From Bacteroidia bacterium (GTDB lineage: Bacteria > Bacteroidota > Bacteroidia > NS11-12g > UBA9320), in NCBI GenBank assembly GCA_017640445.1, contig JAEPQQ010000009.1, forward strand, positions 4,013 to 68,012: a DNA stretch of 64,000 nucleotides, in the 5' to 3' direction. Shown here piece by piece: positions 51,200 to 58,622 of this stretch (position 1 is its first letter; every line of letters starts with the position of its first letter). Both the position numbers and the translations under genes were made by a program. Below the pieces are notes generated by a model. That model was given only the letters and a program-made list of their open reading frames with translations, did no database searches and was not told the origin of the DNA.

Positions 51200-51212
51200 T
51201 TTTGATTCAAAA
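51200..51212. promoter_or_regulatory. 13-nt perfect palindrome TTTTGATTCAAAA spanning the putative TTG start codon
   Basis: Read directly from the sequence. It is embedded in a roughly 10-bp-phased A/T-tract array (51127..51230). Confidence 0.25.
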
Positions 51213-51759
51213 TCGAACAAAATTCGACGTATCACTTATCGAAAACATTGACACACTGAGGAAGCTAGTCGAGTTGCTAAAGCAAGGCCAATTCGACGAT
51301 ATAACCTCTCAACTTGCTACTATTTCAATACCCTGTTCTGCATTCAGTCCGTATGCCTCCTGGGAAGAAACGAGATATACCCGAAATTGCATTGCTCATA
51401 ACGATGAGTTTGAGCTGGTTCTCTTGTGCTGGCCGCCGCATCTTGGAACCGATATCCATGGCCATGATGAGAAAGAGTGCTGGGTCAAAATTCTGAATGG
51501 TGAGTTTGAAGAACACACCTACGAGCGTACAGGTGATTCGTTTGAACCCACAGGAACAAGAAGGTTAAACCAATTCGAGGTGACTGACGCCAACGACAAA
51601 ACCTTCTTGCACAGTCTCAAAAATGTATCGTCGGAGCATGCCATGAGTTTACATTTGTATATGGCACCAATCAAGAGGTGTGATGTGTACGATACGGATG
51701 AGGAGAAGTTTAAGTCAGTGTCACTGACTTACGATACTGTGGTGACTGAGTTTAGCTAG
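51202..51759 (+). CDS. cysteine dioxygenase-like cupin protein
   Basis: YTRNCIAHNDEFELVLLCWPPHLGTDIHGHDEKECWVKILNGEFEEHTY matches the CDO type I cupin pattern. There is no in-frame ATG, so a TTG start is assumed. Confidence 0.6.
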   Translation: MIQNRTKFDVSLIENIDTLRKLVELLKQGQFDDITSQLATISIPCSAFSPYASWEETRYTRNCIAHNDEFELVLLCWPPHLGTDIHGHDEKECWVKILNGEFEEHTYERTGDSFEPTGTRRLNQFEVTDANDKTFLHSLKNVSSEHAMSLHLYMAPIKRCDVYDTDEEKFKSVSLTYDTVVTEFS

Positions 51760-52420
51760 TGGCTTGAGGAAGTTGGATGTTCAACTGCCTAAAATCCTCC
51801 AACCCGGTGATGTTTTCTTCCTCCAATCGATTCTTTAAACGTTCCGAGATAATAGGTAACCAGTTTAACTGGTAAAGTTCGAAAAAGTCGGCTTCAGAAT
51901 ATGAAGAATTAAAGGTAAGCGAATCAAACAAAACCCGTTTGAAATGATCGTGCGAAACGTCAATAAGTTCAACCAGTTCCTTCGCATTTTGAACTGTAAC
52001 GTCCATACGTTGATCACCAATTTCTTGTCGAATGTAGAATGTAGAATTGTCAAAGTCGATCCACTCGAAGTTGTGCTCAAGAACATACTGAAAGAAATAA
52101 TAGTGACCATCAATCAATGCACCATCTTTCCGTTTGTATGTCAGGTGGTAGAATCGGTGCTTGGGAAGATTCATGTCTTCGAGAATAAGCTTCAGTCTTT
52201 TTGAGACTATAAATCCGGCACCTCCTGTAGATCCACTGTCACCAATAATGTCTACCTCACTCGATCCCCTTTTGAGTTGAACAGGGTTGAACAGAGGTTC
52301 GTAATCCCCGATTTCAAACCGGGACAGGTCTTCTGCATTGTCAACCATATTATAGAGCGCATAGTCAAGCTCGGCCTTGTTTCCTTTCGTTTCAAGATCT
52401 TCGTAGAATCGGTAGAACAT
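51752..52420 (-). CDS. hypothetical protein, possibly Imm11/DUF1629-like immunity protein
   Basis: 222 aa with GAGFIVSKRLKLILEDMNLPKHRFYHL, which resembles the conserved core of Imm11 proteins. This is recall-based and not verified. Confidence 0.35.
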   Translation of the reverse strand: MFYRFYEDLETKGNKAELDYALYNMVDNAEDLSRFEIGDYEPLFNPVQLKRGSSEVDIIGDSGSTGGAGFIVSKRLKLILEDMNLPKHRFYHLTYKRKDGALIDGHYYFFQYVLEHNFEWIDFDNSTFYIRQEIGDQRMDVTVQNAKELVELIDVSHDHFKRVLFDSLTFNSSYSEADFFELYQLNWLPIISERLKNRLEEENITGLEDFRQLNIQLPQATS

Positions 52421-52566
52421 AAATACGAATATAGATTGTTAGGCTTTTAACAATTGACAAAGATTGTATGAGCGTAAGTGTTCGGTTTACCGGTGTTGAT
52501 TTCCCACAGTTAGCCAACCCAATGCAGGCTAAACACTAAACGCATTGCCCTAACCGTTCAACTCAT

Positions 52567-53091
52567 ATGAAGATTCGTCAATTCCTCGGTCTGATACCCG
52601 TTGCAGGACTTCTGGTTTACGTACTCTTGCCAAAGGCAGAAACTCCGGTTGAACACCAATCGGAATCATTAAACGACACAGACACAACTGCCGTTGCTTC
52701 GGTAGAAATAAAACTGGATACGTCGGTTTTTGAACATACTGCTTTTGATGTTTACCACATTAAACTGGTTAACTACTTTGAGAATGACACGATTACAGGA
52801 TCGAGAATCGAAATGAAAGACTATGTCGCCGTTGATTATCAGTTGGATACGTTGCTGCATCGTTTGTTTGATCATCCAAGGTTTGAGGGCCTTTCGCCTG
52901 ATCAGATCAGCAGGATAAAGATCATTTCGAATACCTATGGTTTTATCCGGGGGAATAACATCTATTGGGAAGCAGTACTTTATGTAGATGGTCAAACGCA
53001 CAAAATTCGGTATGCGCTTACGTATAGGGGCCAACGAAAAGGACGGTTTTGGCACAATGCCGGTTTGTTGCATTTCCCAGAAACGGGTTGA
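52567..53091 (+). CDS. hypothetical secreted or anchored protein
   Basis: 174-aa ORF with an N-terminal hydrophobic helix. No family recognised. Confidence 0.45.
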   Translation: MKIRQFLGLIPVAGLLVYVLLPKAETPVEHQSESLNDTDTTAVASVEIKLDTSVFEHTAFDVYHIKLVNYFENDTITGSRIEMKDYVAVDYQLDTLLHRLFDHPRFEGLSPDQISRIKIISNTYGFIRGNNIYWEAVLYVDGQTHKIRYALTYRGQRKGRFWHNAGLLHFPETG

Positions 53092-53098
53092 TAAAGTT

Positions 53099-54280
53099 CT
53101 ATTGTCTGAACACAAACTGAAGCGTGCACATTACCCGTTTATCTTGAAGCCTCATTGGTTCATACCTCCCGCTGGTCTTTTTAACCGCATTCAAAGCATC
53201 TTGCCTGGTTTGATAGGTCAGATACCCATAAGCCTTATGCACCCATACACTATCTAACCTCCCGGTCCTGGTCATATTGGCCCTGATAATCAAACTACCG
53301 TCGTCATCATGACTGAAACGAACCTCGCGTTCAAGGAATTCCCGTAGTTTCGATGGCCCACCAGGATATTCCCAGTATTCATTTACCAGATAGTATTCAA
53401 AAAATTCCTCTATTTCCAGGAGTTCATCTGACTCATCAGAGATGAGTCCCAGATCATGGTTTTGCGAGCGCATATACCCGCCCCGTTTATCGTAATAAAT
53501 CCACCAACCAATTGAGTCTCCATCGTCTAAGGCGGCTAGCCTGCCCCGGGCCCTCATCTTCCCATTTGCATAGTACTGTGTGCATATATAGCTTTGTTTG
53601 TCAAGCACCACCTGGTAATTTAAGCTCCCATCTTTTCGCCACGCCATTTTACTCCGATCTGGAATGTGGATTGAGTGTAACGCTCCATTCGTGAAATAGT
53701 GGCGTGACTCAAGCTGAACCCCCTGGTTGTAGGTGATCTCCGTTTTTGAACCTGAACTGTCATAGTATACACTGGTGCCGTGAAGATTTCCATGGTCGAA
53801 GAATTCTTTTCGCAGAGTTGGCGTTTGGTCGATACACCATCCATGTTTTTCACCTGATTCATATTGGTAGTGGGCCAACGTATCATCTTGCGAGTTATAA
53901 ACAACCAGGTCGCCACTCGGAACGAATGTACCGTAACGACCAACATAAAGAAGCTCAGAGAGCGCAGGTTTCATAACCAGCGGGTATTTGGCCAGCGACG
54001 AGAAGATAGATTCTGGCCGATGGATGTAACTGGCACTACATCGTAGTTCAGGGGCTGTAAACTCGAAGAAACCGGAGTCAATGAAACATGACGTGCTATT
54101 TTGTTGTAATCTTAAAAAAGCACCTTCGGACTTTATCTCAATCAAGCCTCCTGTTTTGGTACTCGACCAAGTGTAGTTTTTGTCTTTAACCTGTACCATG
54201 GTTATATGTACCTCAACGGGCTTAGGTGGAATGTCGAGCGGGAACAACAGGTGTACGAAAAAAAGACCTAGGTGGATCAT
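53099..54280 (-). CDS. hypothetical protein with YwqK/MORN-variant repeats and a TonB-C-like C-terminal domain
   Basis: Middle region has repeated aromatic-Gly units (HGWCIDQ..., HGTSVYYDSSG..., YFTNGALHS..., YYANGKMRARG...). The C-terminus EYPGGPSKLREFLEREVRF...GSLIIRANMTRTGRLDSVWV resembles the TonB C-terminal fold. Confidence 0.45.
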   Translation of the reverse strand: MIHLGLFFVHLLFPLDIPPKPVEVHITMVQVKDKNYTWSSTKTGGLIEIKSEGAFLRLQQNSTSCFIDSGFFEFTAPELRCSASYIHRPESIFSSLAKYPLVMKPALSELLYVGRYGTFVPSGDLVVYNSQDDTLAHYQYESGEKHGWCIDQTPTLRKEFFDHGNLHGTSVYYDSSGSKTEITYNQGVQLESRHYFTNGALHSIHIPDRSKMAWRKDGSLNYQVVLDKQSYICTQYYANGKMRARGRLAALDDGDSIGWWIYYDKRGGYMRSQNHDLGLISDESDELLEIEEFFEYYLVNEYWEYPGGPSKLREFLEREVRFSHDDDGSLIIRANMTRTGRLDSVWVHKAYGYLTYQTRQDALNAVKKTSGRYEPMRLQDKRVMCTLQFVFRQ

Positions 54281-54364
54281 ACATCTAAGGTACGGGGCGT
54301 AGGAGTGGGGTCAAATCAGAAATTGACGAGCGGTACAACTCAATTAAACAAAGGGCATAAAACC

Positions 54365-54392
54365 AAAAAAGCCCATGATGTACATCACAGGC
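54365..54392 (-). terminator. Rho-independent terminator downstream of the YegP-family gene
   Basis: Minus strand: GCCUGUGAUG-UA-CAUCAUGGGC followed by UUUUUU. Two pairs are G.U on minus but mismatches on plus. Confidence 0.7.
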
Positions 54393-54434
54393 CTGATTCT
54401 TTAACCCGAAATCGGGTGTCAATCCAAGACTATT

Positions 54435-54764
54435 TTAGCTTTGGTCGTCGATGTCTGTTGATACGCCATTAGTTTTAACAGACTCAATTCCGTTGTCACG
54501 TCCTGAGGCGGAAGAGTACATTTGGCTTGAGCCAATGACCTGGCCATTGGTAGACTTAAGATTGAAGTGGAATTTGCCGCTGGCAGACTCTTTTTTCTCA
54601 TAGCGTGCATCATCGCCGCAATTCTTTTGTACGGAAGCAATTCCATTTTCACAGCTAGCTTTTGCTTTATAACCTTCACTGGCTAAAATGTTCTGTCCGT
54701 TGCTCGCTTTTAGACGAAATCTGAACTCACCAGATTTGTCCTTATATATCTCAAATTTTCCCAT
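54435..54764 (-). CDS. YegP family protein (two DUF1508 repeats)
   Basis: Repeat 1 is KFEIYKDKSGEFRFRLKASNGQNILASEGYKAKASCENGIASVQKN. A second repeat follows (GKFHFNLKSTNGQVIGSSQMYSSASGRDNGIESVK). Confidence 0.85.
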   Translation of the reverse strand: MGKFEIYKDKSGEFRFRLKASNGQNILASEGYKAKASCENGIASVQKNCGDDARYEKKESASGKFHFNLKSTNGQVIGSSQMYSSASGRDNGIESVKTNGVSTDIDDQS

Positions 54765-54773
54765 AGATCGAAA

Positions 54774-54790
54774 TTAAGAAGACTTCTTAA
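54774..54790. promoter_or_regulatory. 17-bp perfect palindrome TTAAGAAGACTTCTTAA 10 nt upstream of the YegP-family start codon
   Basis: Read directly from the sequence. Candidate operator or 5-prime-UTR hairpin. Confidence 0.3.
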
Positions 54791-55059
54791 TATTTACATG
54801 CTAAACATGCTGAATTTATTCAGATTGTGGACGTTTAGGGCATAACCTTGAGAGAATTAACTAATAACGGCATTCTCAAACAAAAAGTTACAGGCTCCGT
54901 AAACCGAATGTAGGCAACCATAGCAATACCCTCCGGTATCAACAGGCTTCGAGTTTATGAAGTATAAAAGGTCACTTGTTTTGTCGATTTTTGTCGATGG
55001 TTTAACCTGAAACCAGACCCGTTCAGAGTAAAACCCGTATCCGTTCGTCTGAAAAGACA

Positions 55060-55635
55060 ATGGAACGTACAATTGATGTTTCAATGGCCCAAAAGCGAAC
55101 AGGACGCATAGCACAAGCGGTACAGCAGTTTAGCGGTAGCCTCTTTGGTTTTGTTCGGAAAAAGGTAAGCTCGAACGAAGATGCAGAAGATATCCTGCAG
55201 GAAGTGTGGTACCAATTGAGTAACCTGAACAATTTGGCGGACGTTGAAAATGTAGGAGCCTGGCTGTACAGGGTGGCTTCTAACAAGGTAACCGATCTTT
55301 ATCGGAAGAAGAAAACCGAATCTTTGGAGTCTATGGCCGAAGTAAAAGGGGGAGAGTCGATCGACATAAGTACAATGCTCCTACTTGATGAGGCAGAAGG
55401 ACCCGAATCGTTGTCGTATAGACGTGTGGTGATGGAAGAGCTTATGGATGCTTTGGAAGAACTGCCAGTTGAGCAACGCAATGTATTCACGTTACACGAG
55501 TTTGAAGGCGTATCGTTAAAAGATATTGCTGCCAGAACCAATACCAACCTAAAAACAGTGATCAGCCGAAAAGGGTACGCCGTGAAACATCTTCGATCCA
55601 GAATGAACTATTTGTATCAGGAGTTAACAGATTAA
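55060..55635 (+). CDS. RNA polymerase sigma factor, ECF (sigma-70 group 4)
   Basis: Region 2 DAEDILQEVWYQL ... WLYRVASNKVTDLYRKKK. Region 4 LPVEQRNVFTLHEFEGVSLKDIAARTNTNLKTVISRKGYAVKHLR. Confidence 0.85.
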   Translation: MERTIDVSMAQKRTGRIAQAVQQFSGSLFGFVRKKVSSNEDAEDILQEVWYQLSNLNNLADVENVGAWLYRVASNKVTDLYRKKKTESLESMAEVKGGESIDISTMLLLDEAEGPESLSYRRVVMEELMDALEELPVEQRNVFTLHEFEGVSLKDIAARTNTNLKTVISRKGYAVKHLRSRMNYLYQELTD

Positions 55636-55647
55636 AGAAAAGAAATT

Positions 55648-56025
55648 ATGAATTCAGGAAAATATAGAGGAAAAGCCAAGATGCTAATGATGATACCCAT
55701 TTTTATTTTAGCAATTCTTGCGATGACCACAGTGGTAATGTTGTTGTGGAATGAACTAATGCCGGAACTGTTTAATCTAAAAGAGATTAGCTTTTGGCAA
55801 TCAATGGGGTTAATAGCTCTTTCAAAGCTCTTGTTCCCAGGGAGTGGGAGCTTTGGTAAACACAAGGGGTATAAAAAACATGGATACATGAAAGAGAAGA
55901 TGATGCATATGTCGCCAGAGGAACGCGAAGAGTTTAAGGCTCGCTGGAGGCAGCGCTGCTCTACCCACTATAGGAATGAAGCCCAACCGTCCAACGATGA
56001 CGATGTAAGTCAGTTGAATGAATGA
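55648..56025 (+). CDS. small membrane protein with a His/Met/Lys-rich C-terminal tail (possible sigma-associated partner)
   Basis: 125 aa, starting 12 nt after the sigma gene. N-terminal TM helix, then GKHKGYKKHGYMKEKMMHMSPEEREEFKARW. No zf-HC2 anti-sigma motif. Confidence 0.5.
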   Translation: MNSGKYRGKAKMLMMIPIFILAILAMTTVVMLLWNELMPELFNLKEISFWQSMGLIALSKLLFPGSGSFGKHKGYKKHGYMKEKMMHMSPEEREEFKARWRQRCSTHYRNEAQPSNDDDVSQLNE

Positions 56026-56060
56026 AGGCAATAGCCTATCTTGAACCAAAAGACAAAAGA

Positions 56061-56729
56061 ATGAAAGTCATTATTACAGGGGCAACGGGAATGGTTGGCA
56101 AAGGAGTTCTTCTCGAATGCCTTGACCATCCTGAAGTCAGCCAGGTGCTGGTTATCGGGAGAAACTCTGTCGGAATGGAGCACGACAAATTGAACGAGGT
56201 TATACATTCAGATTTCTCTGATTTTACCCCAATACGGGAGCAGCTGATTGGCTACGACGCATGCTACTGCTGCATGGGTGTAAGTGCTGCGGGTATGAGT
56301 GAAGAACAATACACGAAACTAACCTATACATATACCATGGAGCTGGCAAAACTGTTGGCTTCCATTGATACCAACATGACACTTACATACGTGTCAGGAG
56401 AGGGGACAGATTCTTCTGAAAAAGGAAGAAGCATGTGGGCCCGGGTAAAAGGTAAGACCGAAAACGATTTGATGAAACTAGGTTTTAAGCAGTCATTTAT
56501 GTTCCGCCCGGGGGCCATTATTCCACTGCGAGGAATTAAGTCGCGAACTCGGTTGTACCAGTTTATATATGATTACTTCATGTGGTTGGTAAAACTAGGT
56601 AAACGATTGGCTCCCAACTCAGTGGTTAATACAACGGAAATTGGACTGGCGATGATTAATGCAACCCGTTCGGGTTACGAAAAGCAGGTTGTTCGCCCGG
56701 CAGATATTCTTACGCTGGCGAACAACTAA
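56061..56729 (+). CDS. NAD(P)-binding (atypical SDR / NmrA-like) protein
   Basis: MKVIITGATGMVGKG Rossmann motif at the chosen ATG 56061. Confidence 0.7.
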   Translation: MKVIITGATGMVGKGVLLECLDHPEVSQVLVIGRNSVGMEHDKLNEVIHSDFSDFTPIREQLIGYDACYCCMGVSAAGMSEEQYTKLTYTYTMELAKLLASIDTNMTLTYVSGEGTDSSEKGRSMWARVKGKTENDLMKLGFKQSFMFRPGAIIPLRGIKSRTRLYQFIYDYFMWLVKLGKRLAPNSVVNTTEIGLAMINATRSGYEKQVVRPADILTLANN

Positions 56730-58621
56730 CCGATTGGTAAGACCAGTTCTACCCGGGTTCCGGTAGCATCACTTATTTCGGAGAGGTCAGTAACCGTCAT
56801 ACGCGCAGTCAGGTCTTGTTCCGTAAACAAACGTATTCGGTCTTCAACAATAGCAAGTCCATAGCTCTTTTTGTCCGACTTTTTAACCTTGTTTTTGGAA
56901 GACTTTTTGATACCCACACCATTGTCTTCTACCACGCATAGAACCGCATCGTTTCCGTGATATGAAAAACGCACACTCAATAAACCATTGGAGTCGTTGT
57001 TGAAACCATGCTTGATTGCATTTTCGCAGATGGGCTGAATCATTAAAGGCGGCAGATTTACATCATCCTTTAGCAGTTGTGGTTCGGCTTCCACCTCGAA
57101 GGAGAATCTTGAGGCGAATCTTTTTTGCTCAAGTTCCATGTAGTTTTTAAGGAATGACATTTCCGATTGTAGGGAAGTCATACTGGCGCGCGAGTGTTCA
57201 AGTCCTTTTCGCATCAGCTGTGCAAACTGACCGATACTGGAGTAGGCCGATGGTAGATCTTCTTTCAGAATGTCGTTTTGGATCGAACTCAACGCATTAA
57301 AAACGAAATGAGGGTTCATTTGCCCCTGCAAAGACGCAAGTTCACTTCGCTTAAGACGAAGCTTTAGGTTTGCATTCTTCTGTTCTTCAAGGAAAACACG
57401 GTTAAGCGATAATTGACTCTCTTCTCTCATCCGATTGATTAAGTCGGCAAGAGCCAGGGAAAGCAAAACCGTTTCCAGTGCAGTACCTACCGCAACAATG
57501 TTGGTTGTAAACCAGTTTAACGGTACGAGCCCGAAGTCTTTCAAAACATAAAGAATCAGACCACCCATAAATACCAGCCATGCCACGAAAAGAATTTGTG
57601 CCGAGCGATCTTTTTTCCAAAAACCAATGTAAAATGAGCACCATAGAATCAAAACGGCGCAGTAAAAGGCATTGGCCTGTAAAAGTACGGTGGCAACCAG
57701 ATACTTACCCGCGAGAATGAAGATACCCGTAACTACATAACTGATGTTAACACCGTAATACGCCCATTTGAATCTAGGCATATTCTCTTTAATGTTGATG
57801 AACCGAATAACAAAGAAATTCCCACTGAGTGCCACACATACAACAAATAAGTACATGGCCATGTAATTGTATTTCTCTCCCAGAAGCGGGAAGAAGGTTT
57901 GGTAAATACCAAGTAAACTGCTTTGTGCCAACAGCGAAAAGGTGACATAGACCACGTAGTACAGGTACAGGTTTATGCGGGTCACAAAGTAGATCACCAG
58001 GTTGTACAGGATCATCACAAGCAGTATCCCAATGAACATACCATAAAGAATAACACTGTTCGACCAGTGTTTGCCGCGCATAGTCGTTTCCGTACCGACT
58101 TCATAGCCGAGCAATATCTGCTGGTCAGCCTTTAATCTGAAAAGCACGGTTCGGGTTTCGCCAGGTTGAATGAAGAGGTTGAAATGATATCCAGGGTCTT
58201 GAAGCACTTTGGCGTGCGAAAGATTGACGCCATTGATCAAACTCGGTTCAAAATGACCAAACTCGGTACTGTCGTAATACGAAATGGTGGTGACATACGA
58301 AACCGGGTAGTAGATCATTAACCGGTCGGATGAAGTGTGGTTGGTTACTCTGAACTTTACCCAAATTGGCAACTTAGTAAGCCCCAGATTCGGAGTTTCA
58401 TGTGAGTTTTTCGACTTGCCTGTTGTTCGCAATACCTCTTGCGGAGTTAGTGCATCATCCTTATCAATAATATATTCCAAATCACGACCGTGAGAGCGAT
58501 AGCGAACGTCTTTGTCGTCCACCGAAATAGGAGAGGCCCATGCGGCATGGTTCGAAAGAATAAGCACGGCTGCCAGAAGCAACAAAGGAGCGAGGATTTG
58601 GGAGTATGAATTCCTTTTCAT
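56726..58621 (-). CDS. 7TMR-DISM sensor histidine kinase (LytS/YehU-type His_kinase plus HATPase), intact motifs
   Basis: Signal plus extracellular 7TMR-DISMED2-like domain and 7 TM helices. H-box QMNPHFVFNALSSIQ (His codon 57308..57310), N-box ICENAIKHG, G1 VEDNGVGI, G2 SYGLAIVEDR. Start at MKRNSYSQ (58621), 1 nt after the upstream paralogue stop. Confidence 0.8.
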   Translation of the reverse strand: MKRNSYSQILAPLLLLAAVLILSNHAAWASPISVDDKDVRYRSHGRDLEYIIDKDDALTPQEVLRTTGKSKNSHETPNLGLTKLPIWVKFRVTNHTSSDRLMIYYPVSYVTTISYYDSTEFGHFEPSLINGVNLSHAKVLQDPGYHFNLFIQPGETRTVLFRLKADQQILLGYEVGTETTMRGKHWSNSVILYGMFIGILLVMILYNLVIYFVTRINLYLYYVVYVTFSLLAQSSLLGIYQTFFPLLGEKYNYMAMYLFVVCVALSGNFFVIRFINIKENMPRFKWAYYGVNISYVVTGIFILAGKYLVATVLLQANAFYCAVLILWCSFYIGFWKKDRSAQILFVAWLVFMGGLILYVLKDFGLVPLNWFTTNIVAVGTALETVLLSLALADLINRMREESQLSLNRVFLEEQKNANLKLRLKRSELASLQGQMNPHFVFNALSSIQNDILKEDLPSAYSSIGQFAQLMRKGLEHSRASMTSLQSEMSFLKNYMELEQKRFASRFSFEVEAEPQLLKDDVNLPPLMIQPICENAIKHGFNNDSNGLLSVRFSYHGNDAVLCVVEDNGVGIKKSSKNKVKKSDKKSYGLAIVEDRIRLFTEQDLTARMTVTDLSEISDATGTRVELVLPIG

Positions 58622-58622
58622 G

